Assembly (NCBI GenBank): GCA_030583685.1
Contig: CP129470.1
Location: 745,292 to 809,291, forward strand
Origin: Candidatus Dojkabacteria bacterium
GTDB lineage: Bacteria; Patescibacteriota; Dojkabacteria; GCA-002793355
Reading direction: 5' to 3'
DNA length: 64,000 bases
This document shows, one piece after another, positions 9,317 to 17,792 of the stretch. The notes under the pieces are model-generated. The model did no database searches. It saw nothing but the letters and a program-made list of their open reading frames with translations, and was not told where the DNA came from. Both the position numbers and the translations under genes were made by a program. The stretch's first letter is position 1. The number at the start of each line of letters is the position of its first letter.

Positions 9317-9921
9317 GAGGCAATCCCTTGCAGTAATTCACCGGATTTTCCGATGAGTAAGACTGAAGGTTTCTCCAGAATATTCCAAATGAAAGGATCA
9401 AGCTTTTGTTTTCTATTTTTGAAATCACCTGGCGTTAAAATGGTATACAACAACTCGCGTTGCAAACTTGTTTCGATATTATGGAGAAAAATTGAAACCT
9501 GATCAATTTTTGGTGAACCAACAATAAGGATGTCGATATCGTATTTGTCTTTGGGAGTTTTGAAAAGAAAATTTGAGGTCAAGAGCAGAAAATCTGTTCC
9601 CGAAAAAACGTCTTTATTATTCATAATCATGCCGCCGACACCGTACGATTTATGAAAGAGAGAAACTATTTCGTCGAAAAAAGGATGTTCAGTATTCAGG
9701 GAGTAGAAATTTTTTGCAGGTGTCTTTTCTTCAAGAAGCAGATTAGCTTTCTTAAGTAAGGCAATTTCACGACCAACGGCATGCACCTGCAATTTCACAA
9801 TACGACTCAATTCACGAAGGCCTGATCGAACCTCGATATTTTCGAGAAAGTGCCAGAGTATTCGAGTTCTGGTTTTTGAACGAAGCAGTTTTTCGAGCGT
9901 GAGTGCTGTATTAAATAGCAT
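9313..9921 (-). CDS. hypothetical protein with N-terminal winged-helix (HTH) domain
   Basis: N-terminal RTRILWHFLENIEVRSGLRELSRIV resembles ArsR/MarR-type wHTH; C-terminal domain unassigned. Confidence 0.35.
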   Translation of the reverse strand: MLFNTALTLEKLLRSKTRTRILWHFLENIEVRSGLRELSRIVKLQVHAVGREIALLKKANLLLEEKTPAKNFYSLNTEHPFFDEIVSLFHKSYGVGGMIMNNKDVFSGTDFLLLTSNFLFKTPKDKYDIDILIVGSPKIDQVSIFLHNIETSLQRELLYTILTPGDFKNRKQKLDPFIWNILEKPSVLLIGKSGELLQGIAS

Positions 9922-9996
9922 TACTTACCCCTCCATTTAGTTAATGTATACCTTTTTTATGATAGCATAGCCGAGGCAGAAATGCTATATTGCTGT

Positions 9997-10731
9997 ATGA
10001 ATTCACTCGTCATGGTAAGACATGGACAATCTCGATGGAATGCTTCTAATCGATTTACCGGTTGGGTTGATGTCACGTTAAGTGTTCGTGGTATAAGAGA
10101 AGCCCAAATTTGTGGCGATAAACTAAAAACGATTGATTTTGATGTTGCGTTTACCTCTGCACTCGTTCGTGCTCAGCAAACGTTGTTTACGATTCTGTCT
10201 CGTCAAAATAAAACAGGTATTGTTGTGCATACGGCTGAAAAAGATCCGTTAACGCTTAGTTCAAACTTTATGACTCAGGAAGATATCCCAATTTACGAGA
10301 CACACAAGTTGAATGAGCGTCACTACGGATTGCTTCAGGGTTTAGATAAAAGTGAGGTGAAGAAAAAATACGGAGAAGAACAAACGCTCGAATGGCGTCG
10401 AGGCTATGCGTCGAAACCTCCAGAAGGTGAAAGTCTGGAAGATGTTTACAAACGCGTCGTTCCTTACTTCAAGAATACGATTATGCCGTATGTCTCCTCT
10501 GGAAAAAACGTCATTATTTCTGGCCATGGAAACGCTTTGCGAGCGATTGTAAAGTACATCGAGAATATAACCGACGAGCAGATTGTCAATCTCGACATTC
10601 CCACGGGTGAAGTTATTACGTACGAGTTCGAAGCGGGTCAAGTCAGCAAACGAAGTGGAGAACTTTCCTTCGGTCGTAAGGTGTATTGGACGCCGTGGGT
10701 ACAGCATGATACACTTCCAGTAAAGAGTTAA
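9997..10731 (+). CDS. gpmA: 2,3-bisphosphoglycerate-dependent phosphoglycerate mutase
   Basis: LVMVRHGQSRWNASNRFTGWVDV (RHG catalytic His motif) and C-terminal GHGNALRA motif of dPGM; start moved to Met matching canonical N-terminus. Confidence 0.85.
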   Translation: MNSLVMVRHGQSRWNASNRFTGWVDVTLSVRGIREAQICGDKLKTIDFDVAFTSALVRAQQTLFTILSRQNKTGIVVHTAEKDPLTLSSNFMTQEDIPIYETHKLNERHYGLLQGLDKSEVKKKYGEEQTLEWRRGYASKPPEGESLEDVYKRVVPYFKNTIMPYVSSGKNVIISGHGNALRAIVKYIENITDEQIVNLDIPTGEVITYEFEAGQVSKRSGELSFGRKVYWTPWVQHDTLPVKS

Positions 10732-10834
10732 TGCGATAGGGCATTTGAAGCGAATTAAAGCAAACAAAGGCTTTATTCCTTTCTGGTTACTGCTCTAAAG
10801 CTTTACTTGCTTTATAATTTAATAGGGCTGCCCC

Positions 10835-11305
10835 ATGCCTCGTGCTGTAAAAAAAACTTCTGTTAAGAAAAGAACCGTTTCTGCGGTTAAAGCGAATCCC
10901 TCTGCGCAACCCACCCAAAAATCAATGATGCTTTCTGCTGCAGTTGTGGTAATGAGTGTCATCGTTGCCCCACTCTTGTGGTTGTTGACCGGGTCACTTG
11001 CTGCGCTCTTTGGATTGCCAATGGCAACATCAGTATTTGTGGCATTACTGTACAAGCAATACACTGGTGTCTCAATGTCTGCAGATTTCCGACGAGAAAC
11101 AACCACAATTACTGCTGTTTTTGCTGTTATACTGGGTGTCTTATCTGCACTCAATCTTCCAAAAATTGGTCTAGACGGTCGTGTTGATGAAACAGTTCTT
11201 CCAATTTTCATGATTGTGTATATGAGTGTATGGGCAATCGTGGCAACCTTGGTGACCGTTTTTCTTCCTTTGGGGATTACGGTTGAGCGAGCAAAAAAGA
11301 AGTAG
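10835..11305 (+). CDS. hypothetical membrane protein
   Basis: 156 aa, basic N-terminus followed by 4 hydrophobic helices. Confidence 0.45.
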   Translation: MPRAVKKTSVKKRTVSAVKANPSAQPTQKSMMLSAAVVVMSVIVAPLLWLLTGSLAALFGLPMATSVFVALLYKQYTGVSMSADFRRETTTITAVFAVILGVLSALNLPKIGLDGRVDETVLPIFMIVYMSVWAIVATLVTVFLPLGITVERAKKK

Positions 11306-11306
11306 G

Positions 11307-11747
11307 TTACTTTTTTCTTGTTTCTTTCAGGAGCTCGATATCCGGAACTGATATCCAGGCGCATGCACTCCCATACCCTTGTTTATTGATGGAAAAGGGC
11401 TGTGTTTTTTGAGGCTTTGAGAGAAAGATAAGAATCATATACCGCTTTTTGTGTAACCATTCGAGATTCGCGAGTGCATCTTCTGAAAGTTGAATCTGTT
11501 TTGCGAATTGTTTCAAAAACGGAAGTGCATCTGCAGGTGTTTGCAACTTTTTCTGTATTACCTTGTGTACGGTTGCGTGAACTGTTACGTGTTTTCCCGC
11601 GTCTTTAAAATACACGACATCTCCTGCTGTGATTTTACCCCAAGGGGCTATTTTGTGAACATACCAGCGAGATTCAATGGTCTTTTCTCCAGACAGAATT
11701 TTATCGAGCAATTTCCTTTTCGGATTCAGTATCGCAAGGTGATGCAT
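11307..11747 (-). CDS. ASCH domain protein
   Basis: ILSGEKTIESRW fits the ASCH GxKxxExR signature in a beta-barrel-sized 146 aa protein. Confidence 0.55.
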   Translation of the reverse strand: MHHLAILNPKRKLLDKILSGEKTIESRWYVHKIAPWGKITAGDVVYFKDAGKHVTVHATVHKVIQKKLQTPADALPFLKQFAKQIQLSEDALANLEWLHKKRYMILIFLSKPQKTQPFSINKQGYGSACAWISVPDIELLKETRKK

Positions 11748-11748
11748 A

Positions 11749-12333
11749 CTAGAGGAGATGTTGAATTTTTTTATAAAACGCCTCAGAAAAAGCTTCTTCT
11801 TGCCAGTTTCGATACCAGAGCGAAAATGAAGTAAAGGTAAACAGTTTCTGAGCGCTTTCCAATTGGAGAAGCCCGATCATTTCCTCAATGGTAGAGGAAA
11901 TTTGAACACGTCGTTCTGCCCCAACCATAAGGGAATCAGCGTGCGTTGTCAAAAGATGGGTTCTATACACCAAGAGAACAAGATTGCATAATAATTCAGA
12001 GGGGTTTGCGATCGTCCAAACCGTTGTGAAGTAAGGATGTGTCGCAAGAAGAGAGCCAATAATCGCAATATCCTGTTTGCTCAAGGATAGTTCGGTAAAC
12101 AATGGCAATTTTTCTTGATGAATACTGTTTAGTTCTCGAGCGTTTACAACATATGAGGGAAAATTCTGATGTTGTCGTAGTCGATTGTAGAGGGTAACCG
12201 CGTTGTCGAGTTCCTGTAACATGGTTTTAATTTTGGGCAAGTGAAGCATCTCAGCGAAGATGGTTTTTGGGACTTTTGCGTGAAGATGTTCGTCTAGGAT
12301 AACTTTTATTGCTTGTCGAATTGAATATGTCAT
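11749..12333 (-). CDS. hypothetical protein
   Basis: ORF directly upstream of and co-oriented with ASCH gene; start placed at MTYSIRQ; no motif recognised. Confidence 0.4.
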   Translation of the reverse strand: MTYSIRQAIKVILDEHLHAKVPKTIFAEMLHLPKIKTMLQELDNAVTLYNRLRQHQNFPSYVVNARELNSIHQEKLPLFTELSLSKQDIAIIGSLLATHPYFTTVWTIANPSELLCNLVLLVYRTHLLTTHADSLMVGAERRVQISSTIEEMIGLLQLESAQKLFTFTSFSLWYRNWQEEAFSEAFYKKIQHLL

Positions 12334-12519
12334 GAGCTCATTATAGCTTATGAAACAACAATACATAATTGCCATAGTTTCCTATAATTTCTTGCGTACT
12401 CGCAGAGTAATACTGCACATTTCTCGGCATTCAGGAATGTACGTTGACGTGGAACTTTTTAGCCTATATCGTGTTCAGTAAAGAGTTGTTTCTCTTTCAA
12501 TTAAGTTGGGTGATGAACC

Positions 12520-15500
12520 ATGAGACATACGATTGACGCGGTGCTTAAAGAGCATCTTGGGGAAAATGGATTAAAAGTAACAAGAGTCTTTACCAAACCA
12601 GAAGACAACAAACTTGAACAGATAGTCTACGAAAAGAGGACATCTAAAATCGTTGATATATCAGGGAAAGCAATATTCCAACAGGATAATGTAGAAGTAC
12701 CGCGAGAGTGGTCTCAGGTGGCAACAGATATTCTTGCCCAGAAATATTTACGAAAAAAAGGTGTGCCTGTTGAAATTGCAGAACGTGTCGATTTTTCTAA
12801 AGATGACAGCTATGAAGCACTCGCTACTTCTCTCCAACAACCGACAGAAACTACGGGCGAATGGTCAGTTCGGCAAGTAGCTCATCGATTGGCAGGGACT
12901 TGGACATGGTGGGGTGAGCAGTTTAATTATTTTGATACCTCAGAAGATGCGGCAGCTTTTTACGATGAGTTGAAGTATACCTTAATTACGCAAATGACCG
13001 CGCCAAACTCTCCGCAATGGTTTAATACCGGATTGCATTGGGCGTACGGAATCAACGGTCCGGCACAAGGTCATTCCTACGTCGATCCTGCAACTGGTGA
13101 ATTAACCCGCTCCTCTGATGCGTATTCACATCCACAACCCCATGCGTGTTTTATTCAAGAAGTTGAAGATGACTTGGTCAATCCACAAGGTATTTTTGAC
13201 TTGATGACACGAGAAGCTCGCGTTTTTAAATATGGATCAGGAACAGGAACAAACTTTTCCAATATTCGAGAAGAAGGAGCTGGCCTATCAGGTGGTGGAA
13301 GTTCCTCTGGTGTGATGTCTTTTTTGTCAGTTTTTGATAGAGCCGCTGGGTCCGTTAAATCTGGAGGGACAACAAGACGAGCAGCGAAAATGGTTATCCT
13401 GAATGTTGACCATCCTGATATTGAGAAATTTATTGAATGGAAAGTTCGTGAAGAGCGTAAAGTTGTTGCCTTAGTTACAGGAAGTCACCTTGCCTACTCA
13501 CACTTGAAAGCAATTATGGAGTCTGCAGAAAAAAGTGGAATAAATCCTGAAGCGAATCCAGAATTAAAAAAGAAAATCAGTGCGGCAAAGCAGCAGCATG
13601 TTCCCTTGAATTACATCAAGCGAGTGTTAATGTTGGTGGAGAATGGGGTAAAGTCTGAAGATTTTAAGTTTGCGACATTTGATACTGATTATCGTTCAGA
13701 AGCGTATGTTACTGTTGATGGTCAAAACTCCAATAACAGTGTGCGCGTTACTGATGCGTACATGCAAGCAGTTGAGGCCGACCGAGAATGGAATCTACTC
13801 AGCCGAATCGATGGAAGCATTAAGAGAACGGTAAAAGCAAAAGAAATTTGGGATAAAATTGCTGAAGCTGCATGGGAGTCTGCCGATCCCGGATTGCAGT
13901 TTGACTCAACCATTAACGATTGGCACACGTGCCCCAAAGATGGACGTATCAATGCATCAAACCCTTGTTCTGAATATATGTTTCTTGATGAAACAGCGTG
14001 CAATTTAGCGTCAATCAATTTGAACAAATTTTACGACTCAGCCACACGAACCTTTGATATTCAAACGTATCGTCACGTCATTCGTTTGTGGACAATGGTA
14101 TTGGAAATTTCTGTTTTAATGTCTCAGTCACCTTCAGAAAAAATGGCGATGCGAACCTTCCAGTATCGAACGCTTGGGTTGGGATATGCAAACCTTGGTA
14201 CTGTCCTGATGAAAATGGGGCTTCCATACGATAGCGACGAGGCACGTGGAGTAACGGGTGCGTTAACCGCAATTATGACCGGTGATTCATATGCTGCTTC
14301 CGCGGAAATGGCAAAAGCGGTTGGTACCTTTGAACGTTATGAAGCGAACAAGGAAGATATGCTCCGAGTTATCCGTAACCATCGCAGAGTTGCATATTCG
14401 GTAACACCTTCTGAATATGAGAACCTTTCAACAATTCCACAAGGGATTGATCCGTCGAAGACCCCTCCCTATCTTTTGAACGCTGCCCGTGAAAGTTGGG
14501 ACAAAGCCTTGGCTCTTGGGGAAGAATTTGGCTATCGAAATGCACAAGTAACTGTGATTGCGCCTACTGGAACAATCGGACTGGTAATGGATTGTGATAC
14601 CACTGGTTTTGAACCCGATTTTGCACTTGTTAAGTTTAAGAAATTGGTTGGTGGTGGGTATTTTAAAATCGTGAATCAGTCAGTTGAGCCTGCACTTACC
14701 TCACTAGGATACGATGAATACCAAGTGCATGATATTTTAAAGTATGTCCTTGGTTCAGCTTCATTGACGGGCGCTCCTCATATCAACCGGCAGTCACTCA
14801 AAGAAAAAGGTTTTACTGATGAAAAACTTGATGCAATTGAAACGCAACTTAGTTCGGCGTTCAGTATAACGTTTCTGTTTAATCAGTATGTTCTCGGGGC
14901 GGAATTTATTGAAAGTATTCTCCCTGGTGTGGATTACGCCGCTCCCACCTTTAACTTGTTGCAGGAGTTAGGCTTCACACAAGACGAAATTGAAGCTGCG
15001 AATGAGTATATCTGTGGTTCTATGACCGTGGAAGGTGCACCACATCTCAAGGAAGAGCACTATGCAGTCTTTGATTGTGCTAATAAATGTGGATCGAAAG
15101 GAAAACGATATATTGCGCCGATGGGGCATGTTCGAATGCTTGCTGCAGGACAACCGTTTATTTCCGGTTCTATCAGTAAAACCGTAAACCTTCCTGAAGA
15201 TGCATCAATTCAAGAAATTCAAGATATCTACATGAGCAGCTGGAAACTTGGCTTGAAGTGTAATGCGTTATATCGAGACGGCTCGAAATTGTCTCAGCCC
15301 TTATCAACGTCTTCTGATAGCGATGATGTCTACTCGAAGTTGTTTACGTTTGACGAGGAAGGAGAAGCAACAGACGAAGCCGAGGTAACTCCAATTACTG
15401 TTTCTCGTGCGGTGCAACAAGAAGCTACGACAGTTCAGGCAATAACCCAGTTACTCCCGCGAAGAAAGATGCCACTAGAACGCGTTAGTATCACGCATAA

Positions 15501-16224
15501 ATTTGAGATTGGGGGACACGAAGGGTACATCACAGCCAGCTTGTTTGAAGATGGAACCCCTGGCGAAATCTTTCTCACCATGAATAAAGAAGGAAGTACG
15601 CTCAGTGGCATTATGGATGCCTGGGCTATTTCGCTATCTTTGAATTTGCAGTACGGCGTTCCTTTGCAAGTGCTCATCAATAAATATTCACATGTACGCT
15701 TTGAGCCTTCAGGAATGACTAATAACAAGAACATCCCAATGGCAAAGTCGATTGTTGATTACCTGTCGCGATGGCTTGCGTTGAAGTTTCTTGATACTGA
15801 TACGGCAAAACGGTATCACACTGCAGAATTGGTTGACAGAGCGATGGGCAATGGCGATTTGAAAGCGGTTGATGTTATGAAGATATACAAACATCATGGG
15901 CCAGAAGAGGTGAAAGAACAGGTGAGTGTTTCTCATAGCAAAACAGTTACTGAAACAATTACGAAAACTCGTACTGTCGAAGATGAAACTGATACTGGAG
16001 AGTTAGCGCCCGTAGAAGCGAAAATTCAAGAAATTGAACAATCAGAAATTCCACCGGCACGAGTTGAAGTCGATTTGGAGATGCTCAGAAAAGAACAGGC
16101 GCAACAGGCAATGAAACAAAACAACGAAGATGCACCCTTATGTCCCGACTGCGGGTCAGTCATGATTAGAAACGGAGCGTGCTATAAGTGTTTGGACTGT
16201 GGTGCAACCACTGGGTGTTCTTAG
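12520..16224 (+). CDS. nrdJ: adenosylcobalamin-dependent ribonucleoside reductase (class II, long form)
   Basis: 1234 aa; N-terminal WSQVATDILAQKYLRKKGVP region, active-site NPCSEYMF...CNLASINL, C-terminal CPDCG...CYKCLDCG zinc ribbon typical of long monomeric NrdJ. Confidence 0.85.
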   Translation: MRHTIDAVLKEHLGENGLKVTRVFTKPEDNKLEQIVYEKRTSKIVDISGKAIFQQDNVEVPREWSQVATDILAQKYLRKKGVPVEIAERVDFSKDDSYEALATSLQQPTETTGEWSVRQVAHRLAGTWTWWGEQFNYFDTSEDAAAFYDELKYTLITQMTAPNSPQWFNTGLHWAYGINGPAQGHSYVDPATGELTRSSDAYSHPQPHACFIQEVEDDLVNPQGIFDLMTREARVFKYGSGTGTNFSNIREEGAGLSGGGSSSGVMSFLSVFDRAAGSVKSGGTTRRAAKMVILNVDHPDIEKFIEWKVREERKVVALVTGSHLAYSHLKAIMESAEKSGINPEANPELKKKISAAKQQHVPLNYIKRVLMLVENGVKSEDFKFATFDTDYRSEAYVTVDGQNSNNSVRVTDAYMQAVEADREWNLLSRIDGSIKRTVKAKEIWDKIAEAAWESADPGLQFDSTINDWHTCPKDGRINASNPCSEYMFLDETACNLASINLNKFYDSATRTFDIQTYRHVIRLWTMVLEISVLMSQSPSEKMAMRTFQYRTLGLGYANLGTVLMKMGLPYDSDEARGVTGALTAIMTGDSYAASAEMAKAVGTFERYEANKEDMLRVIRNHRRVAYSVTPSEYENLSTIPQGIDPSKTPPYLLNAARESWDKALALGEEFGYRNAQVTVIAPTGTIGLVMDCDTTGFEPDFALVKFKKLVGGGYFKIVNQSVEPALTSLGYDEYQVHDILKYVLGSASLTGAPHINRQSLKEKGFTDEKLDAIETQLSSAFSITFLFNQYVLGAEFIESILPGVDYAAPTFNLLQELGFTQDEIEAANEYICGSMTVEGAPHLKEEHYAVFDCANKCGSKGKRYIAPMGHVRMLAAGQPFISGSISKTVNLPEDASIQEIQDIYMSSWKLGLKCNALYRDGSKLSQPLSTSSDSDDVYSKLFTFDEEGEATDEAEVTPITVSRAVQQEATTVQAITQLLPRRKMPLERVSITHKFEIGGHEGYITASLFEDGTPGEIFLTMNKEGSTLSGIMDAWAISLSLNLQYGVPLQVLINKYSHVRFEPSGMTNNKNIPMAKSIVDYLSRWLALKFLDTDTAKRYHTAELVDRAMGNGDLKAVDVMKIYKHHGPEEVKEQVSVSHSKTVTETITKTRTVEDETDTGELAPVEAKIQEIEQSEIPPARVEVDLEMLRKEQAQQAMKQNNEDAPLCPDCGSVMIRNGACYKCLDCGATTGCS

Positions 16225-16235
16225 GGGGAATGGGA

Positions 16236-17792
16236 TTATTTCGTAGTTTCTAAAAGTTGCTCAACTTGTCGTTGAGTTAGAGGTGTCCAAGGTGAATTAG
16301 CGGGATTTAATGATGCTGCCGCCGGGCTGTCACCTTGTGTCCACCATCTTGCTTGATAAGGGATGCCCTCGAAAAGTACTCTGCTTCCAGTGTTGTATTG
16401 TTTACTTCCAGACCATTCAGGGTAAAATCCTGGTGGAAGAGTAATTGGCGGTAGTGGTTTCTCTCCCGGGAGAACTGGTCCAACAAGTTGCCAAGGTGTC
16501 TGCCAAGATTGCAGAACTGGATTGTCTGGCAAATCACCCTGAGTCCACCACTTTGCTTGGTAGACATTGCGTTTCCATACAATTTTTGTTCCTGCGAGAT
16601 ATACACCATCTTCGTTCCAAATAGGGTAAGGACTTGATTCTGGATCATCTTCTTCAATGATTGGCTCTGACTCTGCTTCTGCTATGGTTTCAGCTTGTGA
16701 ATTTGCTTCAATTTCTCCTGTAAATCCTTCACTGAGATAGACAATAAAATCGAGTTTATCTTGCGTGATACCACTACAAGAATCTGAAACCACTTTAACA
16801 TTGACATAATTCTCACCACATTGTATATCACGATTCGCAGACCACATTGACACTCTTTGGATGTTCTTTTCTCTAGCAAACGAATTGAGAATCTTGGCAT
16901 CTGAGACAGTAAAAACTTCATCTGAAATATCATTTTGACCAATCATTGGAGTAATTCCTATTTTAGTCCAAAGTGTGGATCGATTTAGGTAAATTCCTGC
17001 TTGGCTATAGAGAATTCCTAATTGTCTATGAGTTTCTATCATAGCGAGTTTCGATACTTCGGCAAGCGATTCTGTGTCTCCTTTACTCTCTCCGTAGTTC
17101 ATTGTCATAATATTGACACCTGCAAGATCAACTCCATTTTCAAGAAGTATTGAAACAGCATTGGTTCCTTCAGGAGTTAGACCTTGGGGAATAACAGGAA
17201 GGGTGACCCAAACTGCGAGAGGTTCTTTCTTTTTTCGTTTTTCTTTTTGAATCTCTGACAATACTTTTGCTCTTCTTACTCCTGCTTCCCAATCCTTCAA
17301 GCTGTCACCCTCAAGATCTAAATCAATTGTAGTGATTTCATAGGCGTCAATGACTGAAAGATAGGCATTTTTAAGTGAGTTTTCGTCGGTGCAATGAAGC
17401 GCAAGTTCATCGTTAAGTAAGCCTCCGAATGAAATAGCAATATCCCCTCCCTGTTGACGCAATCTTGCGATTCTTCGTTCTAGATCAAGTGCATGTGAAG
17501 CTCTCTCAATTGTATATGCATTTCCCCATGTTGGAGTACATGGATCAGTACTTGATGAAACAATGAAAGAAAGGATTACATTTTTTCCCTGGGTCGCACC
17601 AAGCTGTTCAAATGCATAACGCGGTTCTGCTGTTACATCAACATATGCAGCAAACCAAGGCGTATTTATCCCTAATTTTTTTGTTTGTTCCCAGTCAATA
17701 AAATGTGTATAACTAAAATAGCCAAGCCCAACTAGCAGCATTAGTGCAAACATGACCCTAAAAAAGGAGAGCTTTCTTCCAGATTGTGCCAT
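16236..17792 (-). CDS. membrane-anchored glycoside hydrolase family 18 (chitinase-like) protein with two C-terminal CBM5/12 chitin-binding modules
   Basis: N-terminal signal-anchor helix; GH18 hallmarks ISFGGLLN (SxGG) and IDLDLEGD (DxDxE catalytic motif); two repeats of AKWWTQGD/ARWWTQGD flanked by aromatic residues = CBM5/12 signature. Confidence 0.65.
   Translation of the reverse strand: MAQSGRKLSFFRVMFALMLLVGLGYFSYTHFIDWEQTKKLGINTPWFAAYVDVTAEPRYAFEQLGATQGKNVILSFIVSSSTDPCTPTWGNAYTIERASHALDLERRIARLRQQGGDIAISFGGLLNDELALHCTDENSLKNAYLSVIDAYEITTIDLDLEGDSLKDWEAGVRRAKVLSEIQKEKRKKKEPLAVWVTLPVIPQGLTPEGTNAVSILLENGVDLAGVNIMTMNYGESKGDTESLAEVSKLAMIETHRQLGILYSQAGIYLNRSTLWTKIGITPMIGQNDISDEVFTVSDAKILNSFAREKNIQRVSMWSANRDIQCGENYVNVKVVSDSCSGITQDKLDFIVYLSEGFTGEIEANSQAETIAEAESEPIIEEDDPESSPYPIWNEDGVYLAGTKIVWKRNVYQAKWWTQGDLPDNPVLQSWQTPWQLVGPVLPGEKPLPPITLPPGFYPEWSGSKQYNTGSRVLFEGIPYQARWWTQGDSPAAASLNPANSPWTPLTQRQVEQLLETTK

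Noticed and set aside
13722-14027. Several minus-strand ORFs (60-100 aa) inside nrdJ
   Set aside because: Antisense to a strongly supported 1234-aa gene; no independent signal
12520-16224. Possible intein in the 1234-aa NrdJ
   Set aside because: Length is consistent with the known long NrdJ form and no intein block motifs (Cys/Ser start, HNC/HNS end, homing endonuclease DOD) were seen; left as a low-priority check
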